Shown here one piece after another: positions 1 through 10,059 of a DNA stretch of 64,000 bases; position 1 is the first letter of the stretch; each line of letters opens with the position of its first letter. This stretch comes from Actinomycetes bacterium. Its GTDB lineage: Bacteria > Actinomycetota > Aquicultoria > UBA3085 > Oleimmundimicrobiaceae. The DNA lies in contig JAUWKI010000002.1 of the NCBI GenBank assembly GCA_030614255.1, positions 4,449 to 68,448 on the forward strand, read 5' to 3'. The notes below the pieces were generated by a model, which was not told the DNA's origin, did no database searches, and saw nothing but the letters and a program-made list of their open reading frames with translations. The position numbers and the translations under genes were made by a program.

Positions 1-546
1 TCGCTTTACGCGCTGCAAGGCATTGTCCACTGATTTTACATGTCTGCTCAGATTATCAGCAATCTCCTGATATGGCCTTCCCTCAATGTAAAGCTTAACA
101 ACCTTTGATTCATAATCGCTCAGTATCTCTTTAAAGCTCTCATGCATATTTTTGAGCTCTTCGCCGTTAATTACTAAATTAACCGGGTCATGGGCCTGAT
201 TCCCCTGTATGGTATCTTCTAGAGTCCGTTCCGATTCTTCCTCATAATAAGCGGACCTATTCAAAGAAATATACGAATTCAGGGGAATATGTTTCTGTCT
301 GGTCGCCGTCTTTATGGCAGTTATCATCTGTCTTGTTACACAAAGCTCCGAAAAGGCCTTAAAGGATGTTTGCTTGTCGTCACAGTAGTCCCTGATTGCC
401 TTATAAAGCCCAATCATCCCTTCTTGAATGAGATCTTCTTTGTCGGCACCGATTAGAAAGTAGGAACGAGCTTTGATTTTAACAAAAATTTTGTACTTAT
501 CAAGAATATATTCCAACGCTGCCTTGTTGTTATTCTTCGCAGCCAT
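1..546 (-). CDS. sigH: Sigma-70 family sigma factor, SigH (Spo0H)-like; C-terminus cut by the window edge
   Basis: Minus-strand frame from the ATG at 546 runs off position 1. The translation MAAAKNNNKAALEYILDKYKIF...LSDYESKVVKLYIEGRPYQEIADNLSRHVKSVDNALQRVKR matches SigH regions 2 and 4. It follows yacP as in the Bacillus cysS-rlmB-yacP-sigH arrangement. Confidence 0.75.
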   Translation of the reverse strand, partial: MAAKNNNKAALEYILDKYKIFVKIKARSYFLIGADKEDLIQEGMIGLYKAIRDYCDDKQTSFKAFSELCVTRQMITAIKTATRQKHIPLNSYISLNRSAYYEEESERTLEDTIQGNQAHDPVNLVINGEELKNMHESFKEILSDYESKVVKLYIEGRPYQEIADNLSRHVKSVDNALQRVKR

Positions 547-802
547 TACTATGTCTGATTCTTTAAAATTTCCAAACGATAAAGTGTCTTTCCTTCGGAT
601 CTGCTTGCCATTAGACGAGTTTGAGCTCTTCGGTGCCTCAGGTACTGCGGATTCAATAATCAAAGATGTAGTTAGTTTAGTGTCTGAATGCAAAAAATAC
701 CGCCCCCAACATTTTTTGGAATGCCAGTCTTGGGTTCCAGACCATCATCCCAAAAAAACAGGTTCCAAACCGAAAAAATTATATAAGATACAAGATTAAG
801 AA

Positions 803-1306
803 TCAAGGATTACGAGTCAAACGCCTAAGGGATTCTCTCACTTTCTCATCAAGGCGGTCCTCCAGAAATATCCTTTTGGACTTAATCCTCTTCATTTTAG
901 AAGATTGATTTTTCGCCTCAAGAATATCGTTTACCATTTCTTTAGGCGTCTTACGCAAAACGCCCTCTCTAAAGATCGTCTTCTGCTGGTTATAATCGGC
1001 TGTTACCACCATCACTCTTTTATCCGGTTTCGCTTCATACACAAACTTTTCGATAAGAGAATCGGCCGTCTGCCCCCGTCTGGTAAAAAAAACATTGACC
1101 CCGAGAATATTTGCTTTTCTGTTAAAATTTTCCTGACTGACAAAGGCATCAAACACAACCACTACATCACAGCCCATCACCATGCTAAAGTTTGCCAAAT
1201 CTTCTACCAACTTGACTCTAGACGTTTCCAAATCATCCATAAGCTGCCTATATCTTGATTCTTGATTTATGACGTTGTAACCATCGACAATTATAAGTTC
1301 TTTCAT
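803..1306 (-). CDS. YacP/Rae1-like NYN-domain ribonuclease
   Basis: The ORF-track protein is called here from its internal MKELIIVDGYNVIN start, which sits 8 nt after an AAGAGG RBS. The N-terminal extension in the track lies over the repeat spacer. NYN/YacP-like sequence, located between rlmB and sigH. Confidence 0.7.
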   Translation of the reverse strand: MKELIIVDGYNVINQESRYRQLMDDLETSRVKLVEDLANFSMVMGCDVVVVFDAFVSQENFNRKANILGVNVFFTRRGQTADSLIEKFVYEAKPDKRVMVVTADYNQQKTIFREGVLRKTPKEMVNDILEAKNQSSKMKRIKSKRIFLEDRLDEKVRESLRRLTRNP

Positions 1307-1417
1307 AAAGTACCTCTTAAGTCGGTAGTTAACTAGGTGGTTAGTTGGCTGGTTTGTTAGTTGGTTTTTTACTCTTTTAACCTTCAACTTTCCACTTTTA
1401 ACTTTACCCTATACCCT
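1307..1417. repeat. Heptad-periodic low-complexity spacer (GTTNNNN units, then TTTACCCTATACCCTTTACCCTC). It contains the ACTACCGACTTAAGAGG word on the minus strand, placed 14 nt before the yacP start codon
   Basis: Direct reading of the sequence shows 7-bp periodicity: gtcggta gttaact aggtggt tagttgg ctggttt gttagtt. Confidence 0.6.
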
Positions 1418-2152
1418 TTACCCTCTTATCCTTTGTCTCCTAGCTTCGCACATCAAAATGGCTCCGGCGACAGCCACATTTAAGGAATTTACCTTACCGA
1501 ACATGGGTATTTTGATAAGAAAATCGCACTTTTCCAACAAGAGCCGGGCAATTCCCTTATCTTCTCCACCTAAGACCAAACCCAATTTCCCTGATAAATC
1601 GGCCTCATAATAATTTTTTTCAGCTGACGCATCGGCTCCGAATATCCAAAAACCGTTCTCTTTTAACCTTTCAACTGCCTGCACTAAATTGCTTACTTTA
1701 ACTATGGGAATGTGTTCAATGGCCCCTGCAGAAGTTTTATAAACAACCGGCGTCACTCCCACCGAGCGTTTTTTTGAAATGATGATTCCGCTAATTCCAC
1801 AAGTCTCGGCAGAGCGAATGAGAGAGCCAAAATTCTGAGGATCGGTAATCTCATCGAGAATTAAGACTATCGGTTCAGAAATTTTTTCGACTCTAACCAA
1901 AAAATCTTCGATGGACTGGCATCTAAAATCCTCTGCGTGAGCGATGACTCCCTGGTGAACTTCGATGTGGGAAAGAGATTCTATTTTTTCTCTGGGAAGC
2001 ACCTCGACAGGCACATGTCTTTCCCCCGCTAAAACTCTAATTTTTTTAATAACTTCGGTTTCCTTGAGCCCCTGAGCAATCAATATCTTTTTGACTTCGC
2101 GCTCTCCTCTTAGCAGCTCAAAAACCGGGTTACGTCCCTCGATGATATCCAC
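1418..2152 (-). CDS. rlmB: 23S rRNA (guanosine-2'-O)-methyltransferase RlmB (SpoU/TrmH family)
   Basis: Full-length ORF with SpoU methylase motifs. It lies between cysS and yacP, the conserved position. Confidence 0.85.
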   Translation of the reverse strand: MDIIEGRNPVFELLRGEREVKKILIAQGLKETEVIKKIRVLAGERHVPVEVLPREKIESLSHIEVHQGVIAHAEDFRCQSIEDFLVRVEKISEPIVLILDEITDPQNFGSLIRSAETCGISGIIISKKRSVGVTPVVYKTSAGAIEHIPIVKVSNLVQAVERLKENGFWIFGADASAEKNYYEADLSGKLGLVLGGEDKGIARLLLEKCDFLIKIPMFGKVNSLNVAVAGAILMCEARRQRIRG

Positions 2153-2155
2153 AAA

Positions 2156-3652
2156 TCATTTCCCCTCAAAAATTATCTGGCAACCTTGAGGTGTATCTTT
2201 CAACACAAAATATTGAGCGCTAAGCTTATCTCGAATCAGATCAGCTTTTGCCCAATCTTTATCTTTCCGAGCCTTCTCCCTGGCTTCTATCAAGACTTTT
2301 AATGCTTCGTTTTTGTCCTCAAAAGTGCGCCCAAAAATCTTTTCGGCAATGCCAATCAGAGCATCCGGCAGCTCTTCAACAGCTTTCTCTACCCCGAGCT
2401 CGATGCCCAAAACCGTCATAAACCCAATCAGTTTATCGCGCGCTTCCAACAGTAAGCATTTGGCACTCTCGCTTAAATTCTTCTGATTTTTCTCCAGAAA
2501 GAAGTTCATCTCTTTAACAAATTCGAAAATGACTCCCAGAGCGGAAGCTGTATTAAAATCATCGTCCATCGCCTCAAGAAATTTGCTCTCAACCCCCACA
2601 ACAACTTCCTTGAACCGCTTTTCTCCCAAATCATCTTGTTCTGTTTTCGCGCCCGACTCAACCAGATAATTAATATTATGAATCACGGTTTTTATTCTCT
2701 CAAGCGCCGAGGCGACAGCATTCAGATTTTCCTCGCTGTAATTTATTGGGCTACGATAATGTGTTGAAACAAAGAACATCCTAAGGACATTGGGGTCATA
2801 TTCTTTTAAAATTTCTCTTACTAAAATCACATTTCCGAGCGATTTGGCCATCTTTTCTTCCTTGATATTTACAAAACCGTTGTGAAGCCAGTACTTTACG
2901 AACGGCACCTTGCCTGCACAGGCTTCCGCTTGAGCAATTTCGTTCTCATGGTGGGGAAATATTAAATCATGGCCTCCTCCGTGGATATCGAACCCCATGC
3001 CAAGATATTTGGACGACATTACCGAGCATTCTATATGCCAGCCGGGTCGTCCTTTACCCCAAGGGCTATCCCAACTGGGCTCCCTCGATTTTGCTGCCTT
3101 CCAAAGAGCAAAGTCCATCGGATGACGTTTCTTCATATCTACATCCACTCTCTCTCCGGCCCTCATCTCCTCAATCGTCCGACCGGACAACTTCCCGTAA
3201 TCCCCAAATCTCTGAATCTCAAAGAAGACGTCACCGTCTACCTCATAGGCAAAACCTTTTCTAATTAGACAGTTAATTGTCTCAATCATCTCACTTATAT
3301 GTTCGGTTGCCTTTGGTTCAATCCGAGAAGATCTGTTGCCAAGGTTCTTCATATCTTTATGAAATGCCTTAATATATTTATCGGCAATTTCCTTGGTAGT
3401 TAATCCTTCCTTGTTTGCCCGTTTTATTATTTTGTCATCGATGTCCGTTAAGTTGCGAACGTAAGTGACATCATAGCCCTTATGCTGCAAATAGCGATAT
3501 ATAACATCGAAGGCTACATAGCAACGAGCATTGCCGATGTGAATATAGTTATAGACGGTGGGCCCACAAACATACATCGAAACTTTTCCTTTTTCGCGGG
3601 GAACAAACTTCTCCTTCTTTCTGGCCAGCGTGTTATAGACCCTAAGACTCAT
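2156..3652 (-). CDS. cysS: Cysteinyl-tRNA synthetase
   Basis: 498 aa with the HIGH motif (HIGNAR) and the KMSKS motif (KMAKS). N-terminus [16 protein letters not shown] is typical of CysS. Confidence 0.95.
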   Translation of the reverse strand: MSLRVYNTLARKKEKFVPREKGKVSMYVCGPTVYNYIHIGNARCYVAFDVIYRYLQHKGYDVTYVRNLTDIDDKIIKRANKEGLTTKEIADKYIKAFHKDMKNLGNRSSRIEPKATEHISEMIETINCLIRKGFAYEVDGDVFFEIQRFGDYGKLSGRTIEEMRAGERVDVDMKKRHPMDFALWKAAKSREPSWDSPWGKGRPGWHIECSVMSSKYLGMGFDIHGGGHDLIFPHHENEIAQAEACAGKVPFVKYWLHNGFVNIKEEKMAKSLGNVILVREILKEYDPNVLRMFFVSTHYRSPINYSEENLNAVASALERIKTVIHNINYLVESGAKTEQDDLGEKRFKEVVVGVESKFLEAMDDDFNTASALGVIFEFVKEMNFFLEKNQKNLSESAKCLLLEARDKLIGFMTVLGIELGVEKAVEELPDALIGIAEKIFGRTFEDKNEALKVLIEAREKARKDKDWAKADLIRDKLSAQYFVLKDTPQGCQIIFEGK

Positions 3653-4292
3653 TTTTCTTCTTCATCTCCTCAACCAGATGTTCGAGCTTGTCTATTCGAC
3701 GATGCAAAGAGTTAAACGTTTCTGCCACGGGATCGGGGAGGCGCTCATGATGAAGATCCATAGTCGGAATTTTTTTGCCTTCCCTCTTTACAACCCTTCC
3801 CGGTATGCCGACAACCGTACTGTTTGGCGGAACGGGGTTAATTACCACGGCTCCTCCTCCAACAACAGAATTTTCACCAATAGTAATCGCTCCAAGAACC
3901 GTGGCACCAACACCGATTACAACGTTATCACCAATCGTCGGGTGGCGTTTCCCTTTCTCTTTCCCTGTTCCCCCTAAGGTCACACCTTGATATAGGGTAA
4001 CATTATCACCAATTTCGGTGGTCTCTCCAACGACTATACCCATCCCGTGATCAATGAAGAAACCTTTTCCAATCTTTGCTCCGGGGTGAATTTCAATAGC
4101 AGTTAAAAAACGACTAAGATGTGATATTAATCTGGCGAAAAGCTTTAAATCCCTTGCGTAAAACCAGTGAGCTACTCTATGGGACCTAAGAGCGTGAAAG
4201 CCCGGGTAGGTCAAGAATATCTCCAAGGTATTTCGCGCCGCAGGATCTCTATCTTTAACTGCCTGGAAATCACTTCTTAAGGTATCAAACAA
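3642..4292 (-). CDS. cysE: Serine O-acetyltransferase
   Basis: Hexapeptide-repeat left-handed beta-helix sequence ([24 protein letters not shown]). Sits between gltX and cysS. Confidence 0.9.
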   Translation of the reverse strand: MFDTLRSDFQAVKDRDPAARNTLEIFLTYPGFHALRSHRVAHWFYARDLKLFARLISHLSRFLTAIEIHPGAKIGKGFFIDHGMGIVVGETTEIGDNVTLYQGVTLGGTGKEKGKRHPTIGDNVVIGVGATVLGAITIGENSVVGGGAVVINPVPPNSTVVGIPGRVVKREGKKIPTMDLHHERLPDPVAETFNSLHRRIDKLEHLVEEMKKKNES

Positions 4293-5751
4293 GCTCCATT
4301 GCCTCCTCGATTCTCTCCAAACATTTCTCTTTCCCTAAAACCGAGATTACATAAAACAACTCCGGGCCGGATATCCTGCCGGTGAGAGCCGCACGAATAG
4401 GATGATAAGTTCCTTTTCCTTTAATATTTTTCATCTTCAATCTGCCGGCAACTTCCTTGAGAAGTACTTTTGCCATGTCAATATCGATTTTGTCCTCTTT
4501 CTCTAAAACTTCCTTGAGTATTTTAAGCACAGTTGGAATCTGCTCGCCTTTTAATATCTCTAAAGCATCCTCACTATAATCAAGCTTTTCTTCAAAGAAA
4601 AGCTTGGCACTCTTTACCACATCAGAGAGGGTCACAAGATTCGTCTGCACCGCTTCCACGACCTTTTCAATCCAAGCAATTTCTTCAATCGAAGGCTCAG
4701 ACGCAATATATCCTGCTTCCTTAAGATAGGGCAAAACCAAAGAAGTTAATTTTTTAAGCGGCAATCGTCTTATGTGCTGGCCGTTTATCCATTTAAGCTT
4801 ATCAATATCGAAGATAGCCGGACTTTTTGAAATCCTGTCTATTGAAAAAGCTTGAATTAGTTCTTGGGGAGTGAAAATCTCTCTACCATCACTGGACGAC
4901 CAACCAAGAAGAACAAGGTAGTTGACGAGCGCGCTTGGAAGAAATCCTTGTTTTCGATACTCTCCTATCGATGTCGCCCCGTGCCTCTTGCTAAGCTTCG
5001 CGTGATCCGGGCCTAAAGCCATCGAATTGTGAGCAAACTTTGGAACCGGATAACCCAATGCCTCAAAGAGAAGGATATGCCTAGCGGAGTTTGCGAGGTG
5101 ATCTTCTCCCCTTATGACATGGGTTATTTTCATGGTTGCATCGTCAATTACAACGGCGAAGTTGAAACTCGCCATTCCATCGGAGCGAATTAAAACGAAG
5201 TCTCCGATAACATCGCTATCGAATTCGACGTCGCCTTTGACCAAATCGTGAACCACAATTTTTCTTTTTGGAATTCTAAAACGTATGGTGGGTTTACGAC
5301 CTTCTGAGATTAAACGCTGCTCATCCTCAGGGGTTAAATTCCTGCAACGCCCATCATATTTCGGCATAACTCCCCGCTCAAGCGCTCCCTTGCGGTTCCT
5401 TTCAAGCTCATCCTCGGTGCAATAGCACCGATAAGCGAGCTCTTTTTCCAAGAGCTCGATGGCCATCTTTTTGTATAGTTCCCCACGTTTGCTCTGATAA
5501 TAAGGTCCGTAGTCGCCGCCAACCTCCGGCCCCTCATCCCAATTCAGCCCCAACCACTTAATATCTTCAATAATGGACTGCTCGTACTCAACAGCTGAAC
5601 GGCTGCGGTCTGTATCCTCAATTCGTAATATAAAAACACCGTTCTGACTCCTAGCAAAGAGCCAGTTAAATAAGACTGTTCTGGATGCCCCTATATGCAG
5701 ATGCCCCGTGGGACTCGGAGCAAACCTTACCCGAACATTTTTCAAAAACAC
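4285..5751 (-). CDS. gltX: Glutamyl-tRNA synthetase (copy 1)
   Basis: 488 aa with HIGH-type motif ([10 protein letters not shown]) and KLSKR. Probable GTG start preceded by an AAGGAG RBS. Confidence 0.95.
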   Translation of the reverse strand: MFLKNVRVRFAPSPTGHLHIGASRTVLFNWLFARSQNGVFILRIEDTDRSRSAVEYEQSIIEDIKWLGLNWDEGPEVGGDYGPYYQSKRGELYKKMAIELLEKELAYRCYCTEDELERNRKGALERGVMPKYDGRCRNLTPEDEQRLISEGRKPTIRFRIPKRKIVVHDLVKGDVEFDSDVIGDFVLIRSDGMASFNFAVVIDDATMKITHVIRGEDHLANSARHILLFEALGYPVPKFAHNSMALGPDHAKLSKRHGATSIGEYRKQGFLPSALVNYLVLLGWSSSDGREIFTPQELIQAFSIDRISKSPAIFDIDKLKWINGQHIRRLPLKKLTSLVLPYLKEAGYIASEPSIEEIAWIEKVVEAVQTNLVTLSDVVKSAKLFFEEKLDYSEDALEILKGEQIPTVLKILKEVLEKEDKIDIDMAKVLLKEVAGRLKMKNIKGKGTYHPIRAALTGRISGPELFYVISVLGKEKCLERIEEAMELV

Positions 5752-5825
5752 ACACTCCTTATAGTCATCAGTTGACAGTCGGTAGTCGGGAGCACATTCT
5801 AATTAAAAAATAAAGTATAAGAATG

Positions 5826-5871
5826 CCCTGCCGGCAGGCAGGAAAAACGATATAGAAAAATTTAAAATGGA
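5826..5871 (-). repeat. Dispersed element R2 copy a: CCTGCC-NN-GGCAGG hairpin plus the 21-mer TATAGAAAAATTTAAAATGGA, in the gltX upstream region
   Basis: The 21-mer at 5851-5871 is identical to 41567-41587. A palindrome of the same type lies 8-13 nt to its left in both copies. Confidence 0.6.
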
Positions 5872-5965
5872 GCAAAATTCTTAAAAAGATCATCTAGAAA
5901 CTTTTTTAATTCTTAATTTTAGTTTTTCGCTTTTCATTCTCCATTTTTCACTTAACTTTACCCTT

Positions 5966-6439
5966 TTATTTTTCCTTTAACAAAACAACCGCTTGAGCGG
6001 CCATGCCTTCGCGTCGTCCGGTAAAACCCATTCCTTCTGTAGTCGTAGCCTTGAGACTTATTTGCGATTTATCAACTTTTAAAACCTTAGCAATTTTTTC
6101 TCTCATTTCCTCCCAATAAGGAGATAGTCTGGGCTCTTGTAAAATCACTGTAACATCCAAATTCTCAACCTTATACCCCTTTGAAAACATAAGCTTCGCA
6201 ATATTCGCAAGTAAGTCTAGACTATAAATGTTCTTATAGTTACTGGAGATATCCGGAAAATGCCGACCTATATCGCCCTCGGCAATAGCACCTAAAATTG
6301 CATCGATGGCCGCGTGGATCAAGACATCGGCATCCGAATGACCCTCCAGGCCTAGGTGATAGGGTATTTCAACCCCCCCTAAAACCAGAGGACGCCCTTC
6401 TATAAATCTATGCGCATCATAACCGATTCCAATCCTCAT
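5966..6439 (-). CDS. ispF: 2-C-methyl-D-erythritol 2,4-cyclodiphosphate synthase
   Basis: 157 aa. [12 protein letters not shown]...GHSDADV motifs are typical of IspF. Confidence 0.95.
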   Translation of the reverse strand: MRIGIGYDAHRFIEGRPLVLGGVEIPYHLGLEGHSDADVLIHAAIDAILGAIAEGDIGRHFPDISSNYKNIYSLDLLANIAKLMFSKGYKVENLDVTVILQEPRLSPYWEEMREKIAKVLKVDKSQISLKATTTEGMGFTGRREGMAAQAVVLLKEK

Positions 6440-7128
6440 TTTGTAAATCCCTTTTTTCTTAAAATCCCCTCTGCCACCTCTAAATCTTCTTGTGTAGTAA
6501 TCTTTATATTGTCGTACGAACCCATAATCATTCTCACCTTATAACCAAGTCTTTCAAGAAGCATAGAATCATCTGTCCCATAAATATTATCTCTCCTGGC
6601 TTTCCCGTGGGCCTCCTTTAAAACAGAGGTTAAAAATACCTGTGGCGTTTGAGCGCACCAAATACTTTCTCTAGGTAGAGTTTTGTCAATACTCTCACCG
6701 CCAACTATTTTCATCGTATCCTTCGCTGGAACGCCAACCACCACACCATCCCAGCCCTCAAGAGAGGATATCGCCTCAACTAGAATTTCTTGGGTTACAA
6801 GCGGCCTCGCCCCATCATGAACCAATACAACTTCCGCCGTTGGAGGAATGAAGCTTAATCCATTGCAAACCGAATCTTGCCTTTCCTCACCACCTTCTAT
6901 TATTTTAGAGACCTTTTTAAAACCATACTTCTCTACGACCTTTTCTCTACAAAACTCCACATCATCTACGTTAACCACAAGCATCACTTCGTCAACCGCG
7001 GAACAATCTTCAAAGACAGACAAGGTATGTGATAAGACCGATTTTCCCAACAAGGGTAGATATTGCTTACTACATCCTGATTTCATCCGGCTACTTTTCC
7101 CCGCCGCGACAATAATGGCTATTTTCAT
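6436..7128 (-). CDS. ispD: 2-C-methyl-D-erythritol 4-phosphate cytidylyltransferase
   Basis: 230 aa. [15 protein letters not shown] and the overlap with ispF are typical of ispD-ispF. Confidence 0.95.
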   Translation of the reverse strand: MKIAIIVAAGKSSRMKSGCSKQYLPLLGKSVLSHTLSVFEDCSAVDEVMLVVNVDDVEFCREKVVEKYGFKKVSKIIEGGEERQDSVCNGLSFIPPTAEVVLVHDGARPLVTQEILVEAISSLEGWDGVVVGVPAKDTMKIVGGESIDKTLPRESIWCAQTPQVFLTSVLKEAHGKARRDNIYGTDDSMLLERLGYKVRMIMGSYDNIKITTQEDLEVAEGILRKKGFTK

Positions 7129-8198
7129 TTGTCCTTCGCCATGCCTTTTTCCTCGTTTTTTAGCTTTGTAAAGATCATTCTTCCCGCCGAAGTCTGTAAG
7201 ACACTCGTCACAAAAACCTTAACTTCTTCGCCTGTGTAAGCGCTTCCACTCTCGACAACTACCATAGTGCCATCCTCTAGATAACCTACTCCCTGGCCAA
7301 CCTCTTTGCCTTCTTTAACGACGTATACATTCATTTCCTCGCCAGGGAGAACCACAGGTTTTAAGGCATTTGAAAGCTCGTTTATGTTGAGAACCATGAC
7401 ACTCTGCAACCCTGCAACTTTATTTAAATTGAAATCATTCGTAATTATGGGCAAATTCATGTCTTTACCCATTTGGACCAATTTCTCGTCAACACCCGAA
7501 GCTTTCGGGTAATCTTTTTCTACTATCTTTACTTTTACGTTTGATCCTCCTTGTAGTTCATGGAGAACATCTAAACCTCGACGGCCTCTGCTCCTTTTTA
7601 GCGAATCTTCTGAATCAGCTATGGTTTGGAGCTCTCTTAAAACAAAAATGGGAACAATCAACTCCCCACTTATAAAACCGGTTTTACAAATATCGGCGAT
7701 GCGTCCGTCTATAATTACACTAGTATCAAGAATTTTTTTTCGGGGAATGAGTGTTTTCCCATGTGCTTTAGGCTGACTTAAGAACCTGAAACTCAAACCA
7801 ATATCTTCCCTCTTTCGCAGCCCAAGCCACATCCCAAGATAGCCTAATATTACAAAGACGAGTACCGCTAAGTAAGGTCCAAATACTGTAACTCTCCAAA
7901 GAGGTAACGATATGAGGGTTGCTAAAATTAACCCAATAATCAAACCGGTAATCCCCACAATAATATCTAGAAGGGGTACTTTTTGAATAGCCCCTTCCAT
8001 CCAATTCAAACCCTTGGCGATCCGTGTGCCGACCGTGCCTCCTATTAAATACCCTACTCCAGCGCCAATTATAATATATAATATGATGCCTATAAACGGT
8101 GACCCCGGGATAGGAAGTTTATAGAAGCTCGCCAGTTCGGCTCCACAAACTGCGCCAAGGAGAGTAAACACCAAACGGATAATAGTAACTAACATCAA
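7125..8198 (-). CDS. yacL: PIN/TRAM-domain membrane protein (YacL-like)
   Basis: N-terminal transmembrane segments followed by PIN-like and TRAM-like regions. Conserved position upstream of ispD. Confidence 0.75.
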   Translation of the reverse strand: MMLVTIIRLVFTLLGAVCGAELASFYKLPIPGSPFIGIILYIIIGAGVGYLIGGTVGTRIAKGLNWMEGAIQKVPLLDIIVGITGLIIGLILATLISLPLWRVTVFGPYLAVLVFVILGYLGMWLGLRKREDIGLSFRFLSQPKAHGKTLIPRKKILDTSVIIDGRIADICKTGFISGELIVPIFVLRELQTIADSEDSLKRSRGRRGLDVLHELQGGSNVKVKIVEKDYPKASGVDEKLVQMGKDMNLPIITNDFNLNKVAGLQSVMVLNINELSNALKPVVLPGEEMNVYVVKEGKEVGQGVGYLEDGTMVVVESGSAYTGEEVKVFVTSVLQTSAGRMIFTKLKNEEKGMAKDK

Positions 8199-8344
8199 AC
8201 TCTCCTCCTGCTAATAATCTTTTTTTATATTTTTTTCCTTGCCTCCTTTCTTAAGTTTTCTTAAAAAAATGATAACACAATCTTGAAAACACAGTCAAAA
8301 AGAACATTGTTTAATAAGGATATTTAACAGGGATTTTTTCTTTC

Positions 8345-8374
8345 TTGACAATCAAAATAAATAAAATCTATAAT
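8345..8374 (+). promoter_or_regulatory. Near-consensus sigma-A type promoter: TTGACA, 18 nt spacer, TATAAT
   Basis: ttgaca atcaaaataaataaaatc tataat, about 35 nt upstream of an AAGGGTGA RBS and the ATG at 8410. Confidence 0.7.
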
Positions 8375-8409
8375 GGTTTCAGTCTAAACTATCTATAATA
8401 AAGGGTGAC

Positions 8410-8808
8410 ATGATGAGCGATAGGGTATGTAAGGAATTTCAAGGCACCGTTTCTGATTACTTAATAAGACATAGAAGCATTCTCGATGTAATGTCGAAAC
8501 TTCAAGAAGCAACCGCTCACGTGAACAGAGCGATAACCAAAGCCGTGACCAGTTGTGGGTGTCTAAAAATTGAGGCCTCGAAACAACCAATTCCTAAAGA
8601 AGCAAACTTATCTGAAATAGCAGAATATGTGCGAACTCACCTGGAAGGAAACCTTTGTCCCAACTGCCTTGATACTATCGAGGCTGAATTGGGAAACACA
8701 ATGTTCTACGTAGCAGCCACATGTACCCTTTTAAATTTAGACCTCGAAAAAATTATTACTCATGAGAACGATCGAATTTCCACTCTGGGCGTTTACAGCC
8801 TAACTTAA
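8410..8808 (+). CDS. Small Cys-rich hypothetical protein (C-x41-CGC-x31-CPNC) encoded on the opposite strand inside the radA-disA-yacL-ispDF block
   Basis: 132 aa ORF with a strong promoter and RBS. Possible metal-binding Cys motifs. I do not recognise a family. Confidence 0.5.
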   Translation: MMSDRVCKEFQGTVSDYLIRHRSILDVMSKLQEATAHVNRAITKAVTSCGCLKIEASKQPIPKEANLSEIAEYVRTHLEGNLCPNCLDTIEAELGNTMFYVAATCTLLNLDLEKIITHENDRISTLGVYSLT

Positions 8809-8826
8809 GTCAGCTACCAGTCTTCC

Positions 8827-8875
8827 GCCATCAGCCATCTGCCACCAGCCATCTGCCATCTGCCATCAGCCATCT
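8827..8875. repeat. Perfectly phased heptanucleotide tandem repeat (GCCATCW)x7
   Basis: gccatca gccatct gccacca gccatct gccatct gccatca gccatct. It is flanked by further 7-periodic spacer (gttaaag gttgaaa gtggaaa ... on the minus strand) up to the disA stop. Confidence 0.85.
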
Positions 8876-8971
8876 AGTTTTTTTGACTCTTGACTAGCGA
8901 AGTGGTTGACTTTTGACTTTCCTTTTACCTTATACCCTTATCTTTACTTTCCACTTTCAACCTTTAACTAA

Positions 8972-10042
8972 TCAGATATATCTTTCCAAAACACTGTGGT
9001 CTCGGAGTCTTTTTAGTCCTTCCCAGATAGCTTTCGCTCTAACCTCACCTATACCCTCAACCTCATCTAAATCTTCTATACTCGCTTCGAGAATAGTCTG
9101 CAAGTCCCCGAATTTCTTTATGATTTTACTCACTATTGTTGCCGGAAGACGTGGAATCTGTCTAAGGAGACGATAACCCCTGGGATGAACAACCTTGTCC
9201 AGAATATTTACAGTATCGCCCTCATATCCAAGTATCCGACATATATTGGTTAAATCCAGCAATTCATCGGAAGAAAGTTCTCCAAGTTCTCTCCCGGTTT
9301 TTTCAGCCCGCCTGCTGTCCTTGCAATAATCTTTTAGAACCATCATATTGTCTTCCTCGACGTGAGCCATAAGCTCATCTAACTGCATCTTTATCAATCG
9401 ACCTTCGGAGCCAAGCTCGCTTATGTAGCGTTCTACTTCATCAGAAACCCTTTTCACCATTTCAAACCTTTGAATAATCGTCGTTACATCCAAGAGCGTT
9501 ACAAAATCCTGAAATTCAAGAGAATTCAAGTTGGAAGAGACCTGATTGAGTCTAACTTTATATTTCTCAAGTGTCTGCAAAGCCTGATTGGCCTTGGCCA
9601 AAAGCGCTCTGATATCTTCGAGCGCATATTTGTAATTGTTCCAATATAATGATATTGCATCCCGTCGCTGTGAAATTGAGACTACTAAAGCGTTGGTCTG
9701 CTTCGCCACCCGCTCAGCGGTTCTGTGTCGCATTCCGGTTTCATCCGTTGTAAGCGTTGGATCTGGCACAAGGTGAATATTTGCACCCAAAATTTTCTTC
9801 AAATCCTCATCTAATACAATGGCACCATCCATCTTGGTTAATTCAAAAAGCTTCTGAGGTTGGAACTCAACATCCAGTCTAAAACCACCATCACAAAGCT
9901 TCCCAACTGCTTCAACATCGCCAATAACAATTAAGGCTCCTGTTTTCGCGCTTATAATTTGCTCCAAAGCATCGCGCACTGCAGTGCCTGGAGCCACCTT
10001 CTTCAAAACATCAATTAAAGTCGTCTTCTTTTTACCGCTCAA
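8972..10042 (-). CDS. disA: DNA integrity scanning protein DisA (diadenylate cyclase)
   Basis: 356 aa with a DAC domain (N-terminal GALIVIG... region) and a C-terminal HhH region. Follows radA. Confidence 0.9.
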   Translation of the reverse strand: MSGKKKTTLIDVLKKVAPGTAVRDALEQIISAKTGALIVIGDVEAVGKLCDGGFRLDVEFQPQKLFELTKMDGAIVLDEDLKKILGANIHLVPDPTLTTDETGMRHRTAERVAKQTNALVVSISQRRDAISLYWNNYKYALEDIRALLAKANQALQTLEKYKVRLNQVSSNLNSLEFQDFVTLLDVTTIIQRFEMVKRVSDEVERYISELGSEGRLIKMQLDELMAHVEEDNMMVLKDYCKDSRRAEKTGRELGELSSDELLDLTNICRILGYEGDTVNILDKVVHPRGYRLLRQIPRLPATIVSKIIKKFGDLQTILEASIEDLDEVEGIGEVRAKAIWEGLKRLRDHSVLERYI

Positions 10043-10059
10043 ACTTCAAACCACCCCAA

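Noticed and set aside
473-799. 108 aa plus-strand ORF
   Set aside because: It lies antisense within the sigH coding region (1-546) and the sigH-yacP spacer. It has no RBS and low-complexity composition. The minus-strand SigH reading is far better supported.
8827-8965. CRISPR array
   Set aside because: Repeat units are 7 bp with no spacers, and there are no cas genes. These are microsatellite-like heptamer arrays, not CRISPR.
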